A DNA stretch of 64,000 nucleotides from an uncultured Actinomycetes bacterium (GCA_963797635.1 CAWCPZ010000010.1:204909-268908); one strand, 5' to 3'; shown: positions 1 through 9,585, counted from the first letter of the stretch. Program-made: numbers and translations. Notes: a model not told the origin generated them from the sequence alone.

Positions 1-598
1 CACGGTGATGCCCTGGTCGTGCACCAAGCGCTGCAACGCCGCCACGACGTGTTCGGCGCCTTGCGGATCGAGCTGGGACGTCGGCTCGTCCAGCACCAGG
101 ATCCGAGGGCCGGCCGCCAGCGCCGCCGCGATCGCGACCCGTTGACGCTCACCGCCGCTCAACGTGCGGACGCTGCGGGCGCGCAACGGTTCGATGTCGA
201 GCAGATCGAGCGTCTCCTCCACGCGCCGGCGCATGTGCGCGGGATCGACGCCCAGGTTCTCCATGCCGTACGCGAGTTCGTCCTCGACGCGATCGAGCAC
301 GAACGAGGCGCCCGGATCCTGCGGCACGAACGCCACCGCGTCGGCGAGCTTGCGCGGCGGGAACTCCAGCGTGTCGCGACCGTCCACCGTCACCCGGCCC
401 CGGAAGGTTCCGCCGGTGAAGTGCGGCACCAGGCCGTTCGAGGCCCGCAACAAGGTGGACTTGCCGGCGCCGGTCGGGCCCACCGCCAGCGCGAACGTGC
501 CTTCGTCGATGTCGAGCGTGACCTCGGTGAGCGCGTCGCGCGACGTGTCCGGATAGCGGAACCGCACGTCCTCGAAGCGCAGGGCGTGATCGCTCATC
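1..598 (-). CDS. ECF/cobalt-type ABC transporter ATP-binding protein (EcfA/CbiO-like), 5'-partial at the window edge
   Basis: The reverse-complement translation gives MSDHALRFEDVRFRYPD...GPTGAGKSTLL...LSGGERQRVAIAAALAAGPRILVLDEPTSQLDPQG... with Walker A, ABC signature and Walker B motifs. The ATG lies at about 596-598 and the frame runs off the window start. It is not in the ORF track because it is open-ended. Confidence 0.8.
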
Positions 599-1379
599 CG
601 TCGGCCTTCTGCCGGGGGAGGACGCCGGGCACGGCCAGCAGGGCGATCGTGGCGAGCAGCACCGGCTCGGCGTCCGGCCAGGTGAGCGGGAACGTCGACG
701 GATGGAGGCCGCCACGCCCGGTGAACGCCGCCACCATGAACACCCCCGCCGCCACCAGGGCGCACACGGTCATGACCACGGCACCCGTGGACCATCGCGC
801 CGGCCGGTAGCGCGACCGTCGCCCGCGGCCGTGGCCCCGCGCGTCCATGCTCTCGGCGAGGGTCACGGCCTCGTCCATCCCGGTCTCCAACACGGGGACG
901 GCGAGCGCGGGGAGGGTTCGCCAGCCGGCGGTGCGCAGGCCCCGCATGCGTTGGGCCTCACGCACCTGGCCCACCATGGCGATCGTGCGCGGGGCGATCG
1001 AGAGCGCGAGCGCCGCCGCGAGCGCGGGCTCGTGGAACCGGCGCGGCGCCAACCGCACCACGCCGAACGGATCGGTCACCGCGTTGAAGGTGCCGAACAC
1101 CACCAGCAGGGTGGCGAGCCGCGCACCTTCCAGCGCCGCGAACGCCACGCTGCTGGCGTCGACCGTCCCGAAGAACACCAGCGCCGTGCGCACCGCCATC
1201 GTCACCAGCCCTGCGATCGCGAAGACCCGGAAGGAGCGAGCCATCGGCCCCGGGATCCGCTGCGCGGCGTAGACGAACCACGCCACCGCCACGATCATCG
1301 CCAGGTAGAACGGATCGGTCGTGGTGAACGTCACCAGCCCGGCGCAGGTCGCCCACACGAGCCAGGCCGCCGGGTGCAT
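594..1379 (-). CDS. energy-coupling factor transporter transmembrane protein EcfT (CbiQ family)
   Basis: 261-aa polytopic membrane protein with the EcfT-like C-terminal motif ...ESMDARGHG. Its stop overlaps the start of the downstream ATPase, as expected for coupled ECF T and A genes. Confidence 0.75.
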   Translation of the reverse strand: MHPAAWLVWATCAGLVTFTTTDPFYLAMIVAVAWFVYAAQRIPGPMARSFRVFAIAGLVTMAVRTALVFFGTVDASSVAFAALEGARLATLLVVFGTFNAVTDPFGVVRLAPRRFHEPALAAALALSIAPRTIAMVGQVREAQRMRGLRTAGWRTLPALAVPVLETGMDEAVTLAESMDARGHGRGRRSRYRPARWSTGAVVMTVCALVAAGVFMVAAFTGRGGLHPSTFPLTWPDAEPVLLATIALLAVPGVLPRQKADG

Positions 1380-1384
1380 CCTGC

Positions 1385-2290
1385 TATCCGCCTCCGCGGG
1401 AGATCTGTCGCCGTCGCAGGAACCAGCCGCCCGCGCCCAGCGCGGCGACCGCCACGAGGGCCAGCAGGGCGCCCATCGGAGGGCCGCCGCCGCGCGTCGT
1501 CGGCGACGCCGGCCGCCAGCGCGGTCACGGGCGAGGCCTCCACGACCTCACCGGTGGACGGATCCACCTGGGGGGAACGGTCCTTGGCGTCGTCTCCGTG
1601 GGACCCGTTCGGACCGGAGGACCCGTGGGGGGACGCGGACGCGTCGGTGCCGGGCGTCGACGTCGCACCGTCGGGTCCCGAACCGGTTCCTCCGGCGGTC
1701 CCGCCGTTCCCGTCGCCGTGCCCGCCGGTTCCACCGCCGTTGCCGTCACCGTCGCCACCTCCGCCGGGCGACGGTGGAGGCGTCGGTGACGGGGTCGAGT
1801 CCTTGCAGACGTCGTCGAACCCGAGCGCGGGCGGAGCGGCGTGCGTGGTGCCCGAGTCGCCCGAGCCCCACACCCACCCTTCCATGTCGCCGTCACCGAT
1901 CGAGGCCGAACCCGCCCCCGAACCGGCCCAGCTCCATCCGCCGGAGCCGTTCCCGTGCCAGTACCCCCAGAAATCCGGATAGGAGCCGAAGCAGTCGCCG
2001 CCGCTCGCGCCCACCCCGGCGAGCTGGCACACCGCCTGTCCACCGAACCCGAGCTGGTACTGCAGCCCGAACTGCGAGCCGGCGAGCTGCACCAGGTGGA
2101 TGCCGGTCACGCTCGATGCATCGAGGGCCACGCAATACGTCGTGGTCTGCGACCCCGTGTTCACGACGAGGGCCGCATGCGAGGCGCCGGACGCTTCAGC
2201 GGCGCACGCCGGAGCCGATCCCGCCACCGCCGGCGCCAAGGCCGGGAGGGCGAGGATCAGACCGAACGTGAGCGTCCGCAGGCGACGCAT
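1385..2290 (-). CDS. SCO2322-family secreted Gly/Pro-rich protein with a C-terminal membrane anchor; apparent frameshift near 1470
   Basis: N-terminal signal peptide (MRRLRTLTFGLILALPALAPAVAG), a conserved HAALVVNTGSQTTTYCVALD...FWGYWHG domain, then a Gly/Pro/Thr-rich linker. A neighbouring frame encodes a terminal TM helix (MGALLALVAVAALGAGGWFLRRRQ) followed by a stop, so the printed ORF probably has a 1-nt indel. Confidence 0.55.
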
Positions 2291-2293
2291 GGC

Positions 2294-3292
2294 TCAGCAG
2301 GCCCCCGTCGCCGGCGCCGGCCCCGCGACGGGCCCGCTCAGCGGGAACGGCGTGCGCAACAGCCCGGGGATCGCGCCGATCGTGGCTCCCACGTCGGGAT
2401 CGCCCTTCACGTCGCCGTCCCACGTGTAGGCCCACGCGCCGCATGCCGGGTACTGCAACGTGCGCAACGACTTCAGGCCACCGGTCGGGATCGGCTCGCC
2501 GCCGGCGATGTAGGCCTGGAGCACCAGGCCGGTCGAGTTCGCGTCGGTGGCGATGAACGCGGTCGAGTAGGACCAGCCGTCGTGGCCCGGATCGCGCACC
2601 GTCTCGAAGAACGCGAAGGGGTCCGATCCCCACGATGTGCGGTCAGCGGCAGCCAGCGCCTGCACGACGTAGGAGGTGGAGTTCGAATCCGAGGTGAAGA
2701 AGTCGGTGCCCGAACCGTCGTCGCAGTGGTCGTCGTCCGTGCCGGGCGCGTAGGGGGCATCGTAGGACCACCCACCGTCGGGGCACTGTGCGTCCAGCAG
2801 CCAGCTGGTGACGGACGTGGCGGGCTTGACCCCGGCGGCCTCGATCGCGAGGACGCCGAGCGCCTGATCGAACACCGCCGCGTCATCGATGTGCCCGTCG
2901 TTGCCGATCTGCGAACGGATCGCCTGCAGCAGGTTCGTGCCGCCGAAGGTGCGGGGGTCACGGCCGACGGCCGACGCCGCCATGACCACCTTGGCCTGCA
3001 GGCCCACGCCGGTGACGTTGCCCGCCGCCACCTGGCGGCGGAGGTAGCCGAGCGCCTCGCGCATCGCAGGGCGGCCGGACCCGGTGGCCACGAAGGCCAG
3101 GACCGCGTCGGCGGTCGACCCGATCGGTGAGAACGCCGGGATCGAGCCGTTCGGTCGCTGCATGCCGGCGATGAACCCGGTGCCGCGTTCGGCTCGCTGT
3201 TGATCGGTGAGCGCTGCCGACGCCGATGCGGGAAGCATCACGACAGCCAAGGACAAGCAGGCGGCGACGATGCGCCGAGCGTTCGGGGCCAC
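2294..3292 (-). CDS. prenyltransferase/squalene-oxidase repeat-containing secreted protein (terpenoid-cyclase-like alpha/alpha toroid fold)
   Basis: Start is GTG at 3292, preceded by the RBS GGAAAGGAG. The signal peptide is ...RRIVAACLSLAVVMLPASASA, and the body carries repeated QxxDGGW/GWSY-type motifs typical of prenyltransferase alpha-alpha repeats. The track's 2294..3340 ORF has an N-terminal extension I rejected. Confidence 0.7.
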   Translation of the reverse strand: MAPNARRIVAACLSLAVVMLPASASAALTDQQRAERGTGFIAGMQRPNGSIPAFSPIGSTADAVLAFVATGSGRPAMREALGYLRRQVAAGNVTGVGLQAKVVMAASAVGRDPRTFGGTNLLQAIRSQIGNDGHIDDAAVFDQALGVLAIEAAGVKPATSVTSWLLDAQCPDGGWSYDAPYAPGTDDDHCDDGSGTDFFTSDSNSTSYVVQALAAADRTSWGSDPFAFFETVRDPGHDGWSYSTAFIATDANSTGLVLQAYIAGGEPIPTGGLKSLRTLQYPACGAWAYTWDGDVKGDPDVGATIGAIPGLLRTPFPLSGPVAGPAPATGAC

Positions 3293-3414
3293 GAGTGGCT
3301 CCTTTCCGGGCGTCCATCGCGCCCTCACGGAACGGACCACCCGATGAGGATCGACGTCGGCGCCCGGATCGGCGCCGGCGGCCCGTCCCCGTTCCTCGAG
3401 GGTCGTTCAGCCGA

Positions 3415-3545
3415 TGCGTCGCGCAGGGCGGCCTGGCTCGCACACGTGACGCTGGTGAGCGCCGGTGTGCCTACAGTTGCGGGACAGCGCCGGAATCTGA
3501 CCGGCTTCGCCTCCGCGACGCGGTGTGTTCCGCACGCTAGCAGAC
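3415..3545 (-). ncRNA. cobalamin (B12) riboswitch in the leader of the ECF operon
   Basis: The minus-strand sequence ...GCGGAGGCGAAGCCGGTCAGATTCCGGCGCTGTCCCGCAACTGTAGGCACACCGGCGC...GAGCCAGGCCGCC matches the B12-element core (GGGAA..GGTGnnAnTCC..CnGnCCCGCnACTGT) and the 3' B12 box (GAGCCAGGnnnCC). It sits about 125 nt upstream of the GTG start at 3292, with a GC-rich hairpin (GGCGCCGATCCGGGCGCC) in between. Confidence 0.65.
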
Positions 3546-3733
3546 CCGCGCGGAGGCCCGCCACTCGTGCATGGGTTCACGGTTCCGGCCCGGCATCCGG
3601 ACCCAAGTCCCGACTTTCGACCTAGGGAATCGGGGTATCGCTGGACAGAGCCTCGGGTATAGGTTCGTGCAGAACGCACACGCGAGCCCGGCCCGGAACG
3701 CGGGTCGATCGCCGCGAAAGGAGCTTCTCCGAG

Positions 3734-5434
3734 ATGACCCGATACCTCTGCGTCGACCCGAGCCACACGCTGGGCGGTGAACCCGCTGCCATCGACCTGA
3801 CCGCCCAGGTCCGCCTCGAGCGCGAGTTCCTGCCGCGTGAATCCGCCTATCTCGCCGATTCCGGCGACGTGATCCGCCGGGTGAACGACCTCGGCGAGGT
3901 CGACGGCGCCCTGCGCGCGGCCGCCGTGCGCCGCATCCTCACCGGCACCACCACCCCGCTCGACGCGCCCGTGGTGTTGGTGGCCGGCGACCGGACCGAA
4001 CGCGTGCCCGGCCTCTACGAGATGGACGAACTCCGTCGCAGCGAGCGATCGGTGGCGTCCCTGCTCGATCGGTACGCCCAGACGAGCCTGGCCCGCGAAG
4101 GCTCGGAGGATCTCGTGGTGCTGCGCGATCAGCAGCCGCCCTTGCGACCGGACGGATCCACGGTGCAGCCCGGTCAAGGCCCCACCGTGCAGTCAGCACC
4201 CATCAGCCCCATGGTGGAGACGGTGTCGATCCCGGAGGTCCGGTCGGACGAGGCGATCGTGTTGCCGCAGGGCGTCTACCCCGTGCTCGAACTCGCGACG
4301 CGGCTCGCCGAAGCCGACGTCGAGACCGATTCGCTCGTCGACGTGATCCATGCCACGCCCTCGTACGGCTCGCTCGCCACCGAGGAGTCGCACCGTCCCT
4401 GGCGCGTGATCGTGGAGTGTCCCGTCGCCACCGGCGAACCGTTGACCCGTCACCAGATGATCTTCACGGGCACCGGCGAGACCGAACCCGTCGAGGTGCT
4501 CGGCACGCCCGCCGTCGGCAACGACGTGGTCCTGGACACCGCCGCCTCGAAGGAAGCGGTGATGCCGTTCCCGGCCCGGCGGGCCGAACGCGGTCTGCAG
4601 ATCGCATTGCTGGCTGCCGCGTTGATCGCGGCCGCCGTGCTCATCATCACCTGGATCTCCGGCGGGCTCGCGCTCGCGGTGCGGGAGACCCCCGTGTGGC
4701 TCGGCCTGTCGGTGACCCTGGGCGTCGCCGCGATGGCGGTGGGGTTGGTGGCGCTGGCGTCGCGGTCGGACGCCGAGGGCAACACCAACGACACGTTCGT
4801 GTTGCGCCGCCACTACGCGAGCCGCATCGACATGCTGTGGTACGCCACGCTGGCCACCGCCGTGCTGTTCTCCCTCTCGGTCGCCGCCGGCGTGATCCCG
4901 CCGATCCTGGCGTCCGAGACGCCGGTGCCGTCGGCGGCGATCACGTTCGACGCCGGCCGCGCGCTGGTGACGGCCACGGTGCAGGTCCAGACCCAGGGTC
5001 TGGCCACCGACCAACCGGTCACCGTCCAGATGCGTCAGTACAGCTCCGAGACGAGCAACGGCATCCTCATCGGTCTCGTCACCTCCACCGGCGATCCCTC
5101 CGGGGACACGGTGATCGGGGAGACGGTCTCGCTCGATGCCGGGGCTCGCTACATGAGCGTGCAGGTCATCATGGGCAACGATCCGGTGACGACGTGCACA
5201 CCGCTCGAAGCCGGCGGCCCAGGCTGCACCGTGGTGTCGGTGCCGCCGCTCGGCGCGGGCATCGTGCGGTTGGTGCCGGCCACCTCGGCGCTCGACGTGA
5301 TCGCGGCGACGGAGCCCACGACCAGCCCGGTCGTGCCGACGCCGTCCACCTCGGGCATCCCGACCCCGTCCGCCTCGGTGCCGACCTCGGCCGTCCCGAC
5401 GACGACGCTGAGCCCGTCCGCCTCGCCGTTCTAG
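3734..5434 (+). CDS. hypothetical membrane protein (cytoplasmic N-domain, 2 TM helices, extracytoplasmic domain, Pro/Thr/Ser-rich C-terminal tail)
   Basis: Single uninterrupted 566-aa ORF. Hydrophobic segments lie at about aa 290-340. The C-terminus is TTSPVVPTPSTSGIPTPSASVPTSAVPTTTLSPSASPF. No recognisable catalytic motif. Confidence 0.5.
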   Translation: MTRYLCVDPSHTLGGEPAAIDLTAQVRLEREFLPRESAYLADSGDVIRRVNDLGEVDGALRAAAVRRILTGTTTPLDAPVVLVAGDRTERVPGLYEMDELRRSERSVASLLDRYAQTSLAREGSEDLVVLRDQQPPLRPDGSTVQPGQGPTVQSAPISPMVETVSIPEVRSDEAIVLPQGVYPVLELATRLAEADVETDSLVDVIHATPSYGSLATEESHRPWRVIVECPVATGEPLTRHQMIFTGTGETEPVEVLGTPAVGNDVVLDTAASKEAVMPFPARRAERGLQIALLAAALIAAAVLIITWISGGLALAVRETPVWLGLSVTLGVAAMAVGLVALASRSDAEGNTNDTFVLRRHYASRIDMLWYATLATAVLFSLSVAAGVIPPILASETPVPSAAITFDAGRALVTATVQVQTQGLATDQPVTVQMRQYSSETSNGILIGLVTSTGDPSGDTVIGETVSLDAGARYMSVQVIMGNDPVTTCTPLEAGGPGCTVVSVPPLGAGIVRLVPATSALDVIAATEPTTSPVVPTPSTSGIPTPSASVPTSAVPTTTLSPSASPF

Positions 5435-5446
5435 CGGTGTCTCGGA

Positions 5447-6307
5447 TCAGGTGAGGCGCGGCGGTTCCTCGCCGCCGGCTTCGCCTTGGAGGAAGCGCTC
5501 GATCTCGGTGGCGAGTTCGTCGCCGGTCGGCACGCCCTCGCTGCCCGTCATCGACTCCAACCGGTCCAGGTAGGACCGCGCGTCCTCGTCGGCGTCGACG
5601 GCGGCGTCCAGACGCGTCCGCTGGTCGATCGCGGTCTCGGCCAGTTCGCCGAGCGGCACCTCGATGCCCAGGTGACGATCGAGCTGGGCCAGCAACGCGA
5701 TGGCGCCCGGCGCGAACGGTCCGCCCACGTAGTGGGGGACCTGCGCGTAGAACCCCACGGTGGGCAGGCCCGAGGACTGCATCGACATCTCCACCACGGA
5801 CAATGCGGCCGCCGGGACCCGGAGCAAACCGGCGGGGCCCTGTTCGACGTCGTCGGCCAGGAGGCCTTCGGCGGAGGCCGTGCCGAACACCGACACCGCG
5901 CGCGTGTGCGGGACCGCGGCGGGGATCGCGCCCAGGCTGATCCACTGCAGGGCGCCGAGCCGCAGCGCGATCTCGGACGCCGATGCCGCGAGTTCGCGCC
6001 AGCGGAAGTCCGGCTCGGGTCCCCGCAGCACCAGCACGTCGCGTCCGTCGATCGTGCGGCGTCCCACGGAGATCTCCGGCCAATCCAGATGGGTGAGCGT
6101 GCCGTCCACCACGTCCAGCACGGGACGCCGGGAGCGGTAGTCGAACACCGCGTCGGGATCGATCGTGGCGATCGTCTCGGCGCCTTCCGCCAGTCGTTCC
6201 GCCGCAGCCGATGCCGCGCCGCCCGCGTCGATCCAGCCGTCGAAGGCGCCCACGAGCACCGGCGCCACCAGGGCGGGGACATCGTCGCGGAGTCGGAAGA
6301 GCGTCAC
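5447..6307 (-). CDS. PAC2 (proteasome assembly chaperone 2-like) family protein
   Basis: MTLFRL...PVLVGAFDGWIDAGGAA... is the N-terminal signature of actinobacterial PAC2-family proteins. 286 aa. Confidence 0.75.
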   Translation of the reverse strand: MTLFRLRDDVPALVAPVLVGAFDGWIDAGGAASAAAERLAEGAETIATIDPDAVFDYRSRRPVLDVVDGTLTHLDWPEISVGRRTIDGRDVLVLRGPEPDFRWRELAASASEIALRLGALQWISLGAIPAAVPHTRAVSVFGTASAEGLLADDVEQGPAGLLRVPAAALSVVEMSMQSSGLPTVGFYAQVPHYVGGPFAPGAIALLAQLDRHLGIEVPLGELAETAIDQRTRLDAAVDADEDARSYLDRLESMTGSEGVPTGDELATEIERFLQGEAGGEEPPRLT

Positions 6308-6368
6308 CCCGACAGCTTAGGTCGTCGCGCCGCGAGCGCCGCAACCCGCCTGTGATGGGTGGGCTAGG

Positions 6369-6983
6369 GTGAACGGCTCCATGGTGTCCTATCCCGCCGA
6401 CCGCGGCTTCGACGATTCCTACCTGGGCGTGCCGCCCTGGGACATCGGCCGGCCCCAGCGGGAGGTCGAGGCGCTGATCGCTGCGGGCCGGTTCGAGGGG
6501 CCGGTACTCGATGCCGGGTGCGGCACGGGCGAGAACGCGCTCGCGATGGCCCGGCAGGGCGAGGCGGTGTTGGGCATCGACGCCTCGCCGCGGGCGATCG
6601 GCAAGGCGATCGACAAGGCACGCGAGCGCGGCTTGGAGCGCGCCGAGTTCCTGGTGGCGGACGTGTTCGCGCTCGAAGGGCTCGGCCGCACGTTCGACTC
6701 GGCGCTCGACTGCGGCCTGTTCCACGTGTTCGACGACCACGAACGGCCGGTGTACGCGGCGAGCCTGGCCGGCGTGGTGAACCCCGGGGGCACGTTGCAC
6801 CTGCTCTGCTTCAGCGAGCGCGAGCCGCTGGGATGGGGTCCCCGGCGCGTCACCGAGGCCGAGCTCCGCGCGACGTTCGACGACGGATGGTCGGTGACCG
6901 AGATCGTCCCGGCGGTGTTCGAGACCAACCGGGACGACGGCGACGTCCGGGCCTGGAGGGCGACGATCCGCCGAACGGGGTAA
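6369..6983 (+). CDS. class I SAM-dependent methyltransferase
   Basis: Carries the VLDAGCGTGENAL glycine-rich SAM-binding motif I and an acidic motif II (LVADVF). 204 aa, GTG start. Confidence 0.8.
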   Translation: MNGSMVSYPADRGFDDSYLGVPPWDIGRPQREVEALIAAGRFEGPVLDAGCGTGENALAMARQGEAVLGIDASPRAIGKAIDKARERGLERAEFLVADVFALEGLGRTFDSALDCGLFHVFDDHERPVYAASLAGVVNPGGTLHLLCFSEREPLGWGPRRVTEAELRATFDDGWSVTEIVPAVFETNRDDGDVRAWRATIRRTG

Positions 6984-7018
6984 GGGAAGGCCGCGCATGT
7001 GCCGATGCCCTGGGACAC

Positions 7019-7798
7019 ATGGCTCTTCGACGTCGGATCCGGTGTGCTTCCGAACGCGGCAGCGTGGCCCAGACGCTCGCGCTCGCGATGCTGGTGTTCG
7101 TGATCGCGGCCGGTGCCGGGCTGCTGGGCGCGATGGGCCGACTCGATCGACCCTCGGCGAGCGCTCCTTCGCCCGTGCCGGTGATCGACGAGGATGACGC
7201 CGTCGGACTCCTCCGGGTGCATTGCATCGAGCGCGGCGCCGGCATCGAGGTTCCCGCCGTCAACGCCAAGGCCGACGGGGTCCACGTGGCGATCGAGGGG
7301 ACCGAGGGCCAGAAGGTGTTCTTCCAGTCGGATGCGGGACTGGTCTACCCGATGCAGTTGCGTGAGAACGGGGGAACGTTCGAGCTCCCGCTGCCTCCGG
7401 GCTCGTGGCACGCCACGTGCGCTCCCGAGGGCTCGAGTGCACCGGCCCCGAGCTCCGGCGCCGGGTTCGTCGTGACCGACCCGGCATCCCGCTACGTGTC
7501 CTACCAGCCCGAGTGCCCGCTCGACGAGACCGGCCAGCAGCTCAACGGAGAACTTCCCACCAGTTTCGTCCAGGATCAGGACACGGCCATCCGCGAGGTC
7601 CTCGCGGACGACGGCCTCCTCGAGGGTGACCTCATCGAACGCGCCGGCTACCGCAAGTCGATCCCGGGCCAGGACCCGCCGAACCCGATGGCGTTCCGCG
7701 TGATGCGTGGCGACACCGTCGTGGGCGCGTTCGAAGCGATGGAGGGACCCGATGGGTGGACCTACTTCATGGGCGGGTGCCTGAACTCCGAAGGCTGA
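7019..7798 (+). CDS. hypothetical secreted/membrane-anchored protein
   Basis: I moved the start to the ATG at 7019 (MALRRRIRC...TLALAMLVFVIAAGAGLLGA signal-anchor), because the track ORF 6518..7798 would overlap the methyltransferase. Contains conserved Cys residues and no known domain. Confidence 0.5.
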   Translation: MALRRRIRCASERGSVAQTLALAMLVFVIAAGAGLLGAMGRLDRPSASAPSPVPVIDEDDAVGLLRVHCIERGAGIEVPAVNAKADGVHVAIEGTEGQKVFFQSDAGLVYPMQLRENGGTFELPLPPGSWHATCAPEGSSAPAPSSGAGFVVTDPASRYVSYQPECPLDETGQQLNGELPTSFVQDQDTAIREVLADDGLLEGDLIERAGYRKSIPGQDPPNPMAFRVMRGDTVVGAFEAMEGPDGWTYFMGGCLNSEG

Positions 7799-7805
7799 TC
7801 CGTGT

Positions 7806-8171
7806 TCACCGGTCGCGTTCGGCCACGATCGTCCGCAGCGTCGACATCGCGTTCATCGCCGGTGGGAACCCCGCGATCACCGCCGTCTGCATGATGACCT
7901 CGCCGAGTTCCTGCGGCGTGAGGCCTGCTTTGAGCGAGGCCCGCAGGTGCTGAGGGAGCTGGGCGGACCGGCCGAGCGACACCAGCGCCGCCACCGTCAC
8001 GAGTTCCCGGTCGCGCGTCGAGAGTTCGCTGCGGCGGTAGACGTCGCCGTAGACGACCTCGACGATCATGCGGCCCAGGTCGCCGAGCCCCTCGACGGCG
8101 GCCAGCGCCTTCTCGTCGTGGACCTCCAGGAACCGCGCGCGGCCGCGTTCGTATCGATCGTCGTCGCTCAT
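7806..8171 (-). CDS. carboxymuconolactone decarboxylase (CMD/AhpD-like) family protein
   Basis: 121-aa protein. The stretch ...DRELVTVAALVSLGRSAQLPQHLRASLKAGLTPQELGEVIMQTAVIAGFP is typical of the CMD/AhpD core helix. Confidence 0.75.
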   Translation of the reverse strand: MSDDDRYERGRARFLEVHDEKALAAVEGLGDLGRMIVEVVYGDVYRRSELSTRDRELVTVAALVSLGRSAQLPQHLRASLKAGLTPQELGEVIMQTAVIAGFPPAMNAMSTLRTIVAERDR

Positions 8172-8222
8172 GGGTGGACGCTACCGTCTCGGGTCGGTCC
8201 CGTCCTGCGCTAGGGTCGGGCC

Positions 8223-8693
8223 ATGTCGACGGACTTCGTTCCCGAAGGGTTCACGCCGCCGGACGGCCTGATCGCCGAGGCGTTCGTCCTGGAGCCCCTC
8301 GGGCCGCAGCACAACGAGGCCGATCACGCCGCGTGGATGTCGAGCATCGAACACATCCACGCGAGCCCCGGGTTCTCCGACGACTTCGACGACGACCCCG
8401 ACCCCTGGCCGCGGCCGATGAGCCTGGAGCAGAACCTGTCCGATCTCGAGCAACACGCGAAGGATTTCCAGGACCGTGTGGGATTCACGTACACGGTGCT
8501 CGATCCCGTGGATCGCGACGTGATCGGGTGCGTCTACCTCTACCCGTCGCCCCTCGACGGCGTGGACGTGCGTGCCCGATCCTGGGTGCGGCGCTCGCGC
8601 GCCGAGCTGGACGAGCCGCTTCGGCGTGCGGTCCGGGCATGGCTCGGCGGCCCGGAGTGGCCGTTCGAGCGGATCGACTACGCCGCGGGCTGA
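8223..8693 (+). CDS. small GNAT-like N-acetyltransferase family protein (conserved actinobacterial)
   Basis: 156 aa containing ...FVLEPLGPQHNEADHAAWMSSIEHIHASPGF, a motif recurrent in about 160-aa actinobacterial proteins annotated as GNAT-like. Confidence 0.5.
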   Translation: MSTDFVPEGFTPPDGLIAEAFVLEPLGPQHNEADHAAWMSSIEHIHASPGFSDDFDDDPDPWPRPMSLEQNLSDLEQHAKDFQDRVGFTYTVLDPVDRDVIGCVYLYPSPLDGVDVRARSWVRRSRAELDEPLRRAVRAWLGGPEWPFERIDYAAG

Positions 8694-8701
8694 CCCACCC
8701 G

Positions 8702-9532
8702 CTAGCGCAGCGTTGCGGCATCGGCGAACGCGGCCGCACCCACGTGGCCGACCGTGCGGAAGCCCACGCGTTGGTACACCCGCGCGATGTCCTCGCCGCC
8801 CGCCGACAGGAACACCGTCCCCACCCCGCGATCGATGGCGTCCTCCACCAACGCCGAGGTCACCGCGGCCCCCAGGCCGCGTCGCCGGTAGGCCGGCAGA
8901 CACGCCACGCCGGTGATCTCCGTGGCGCCCCCGAAGGGCTGGTGGCTCCCACTCGCGACCGGGATCCCGCCGACGGTGGCCACCGCCATCGACGTGAACC
9001 CGTCGCGGATCCGGTCGGCCGTGAACTCGAGCGTGCCCGCGGGGATCGCCGCCGCGGCCGTGGGCAACGCCTCGATCCCGGCCTCACCCACATCGGTGCC
9101 CGGCGCGCCGAAGCCCACCGTGGCGACGGCGACGGCGGTCGCGAGGTCGTCCTCGGGGCCGACGATCCGGACGTCGACCTCCCCGTCCTCCGGGCCGACC
9201 GTTCGGAACCCGTCGAGCGGCAGATGCATCAGCGGCATCTCGCTCACCTCGAGCCCCGCGGCCTCCGTGGCGTCGCGGACCCCGGGGGCGAGGTCGGCCA
9301 CCCATTCGAACTCCTGCGGCTGGCCGAGTTCGCGTTGGCGGGCGAGCACGGCTTCCACGCTGTCCACGTCGAACTGGGTCTGGCCCGGCGTCGGTCGCGC
9401 GTAGTAGCGCCACCCGTTGCCGGTGTTGATGAACAGGGTGAAGGGGCCGAACTCCTCGGTGATGGTGACGCCGCGCGGCACACCGTCGAGGTAGGCGTCG
9501 ATGCGCTGCAGGAGCGGGTTGGCTTCGGCCAT
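8702..9532 (-). CDS. GNAT family N-acetyltransferase (two-lobed)
   Basis: The C-terminal half carries an acetyl-CoA binding motif (GVACLPAYRRRGLGAAV). 276 aa. Confidence 0.7.
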   Translation of the reverse strand: MAEANPLLQRIDAYLDGVPRGVTITEEFGPFTLFINTGNGWRYYARPTPGQTQFDVDSVEAVLARQRELGQPQEFEWVADLAPGVRDATEAAGLEVSEMPLMHLPLDGFRTVGPEDGEVDVRIVGPEDDLATAVAVATVGFGAPGTDVGEAGIEALPTAAAAIPAGTLEFTADRIRDGFTSMAVATVGGIPVASGSHQPFGGATEITGVACLPAYRRRGLGAAVTSALVEDAIDRGVGTVFLSAGGEDIARVYQRVGFRTVGHVGAAAFADAATLR

Positions 9533-9585
9533 GCGTGCAGGCTACGAGGTCGGCGATGTCGTGGCGGCGGACTAGCATCGGCGGC

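Noticed and set aside
5169-6998. 609-aa minus-strand ORF
   Set aside because: It is antisense to the methyltransferase and out of frame with PAC2. It is low-complexity Arg/Gly-rich.
6518-7018. N-terminal 167-codon extension of track ORF 6518..7798
   Set aside because: It overlaps the methyltransferase gene in another frame and has an Arg/Gly-rich composition. A signal-anchor begins at the internal ATG 7019, which I used as the start.
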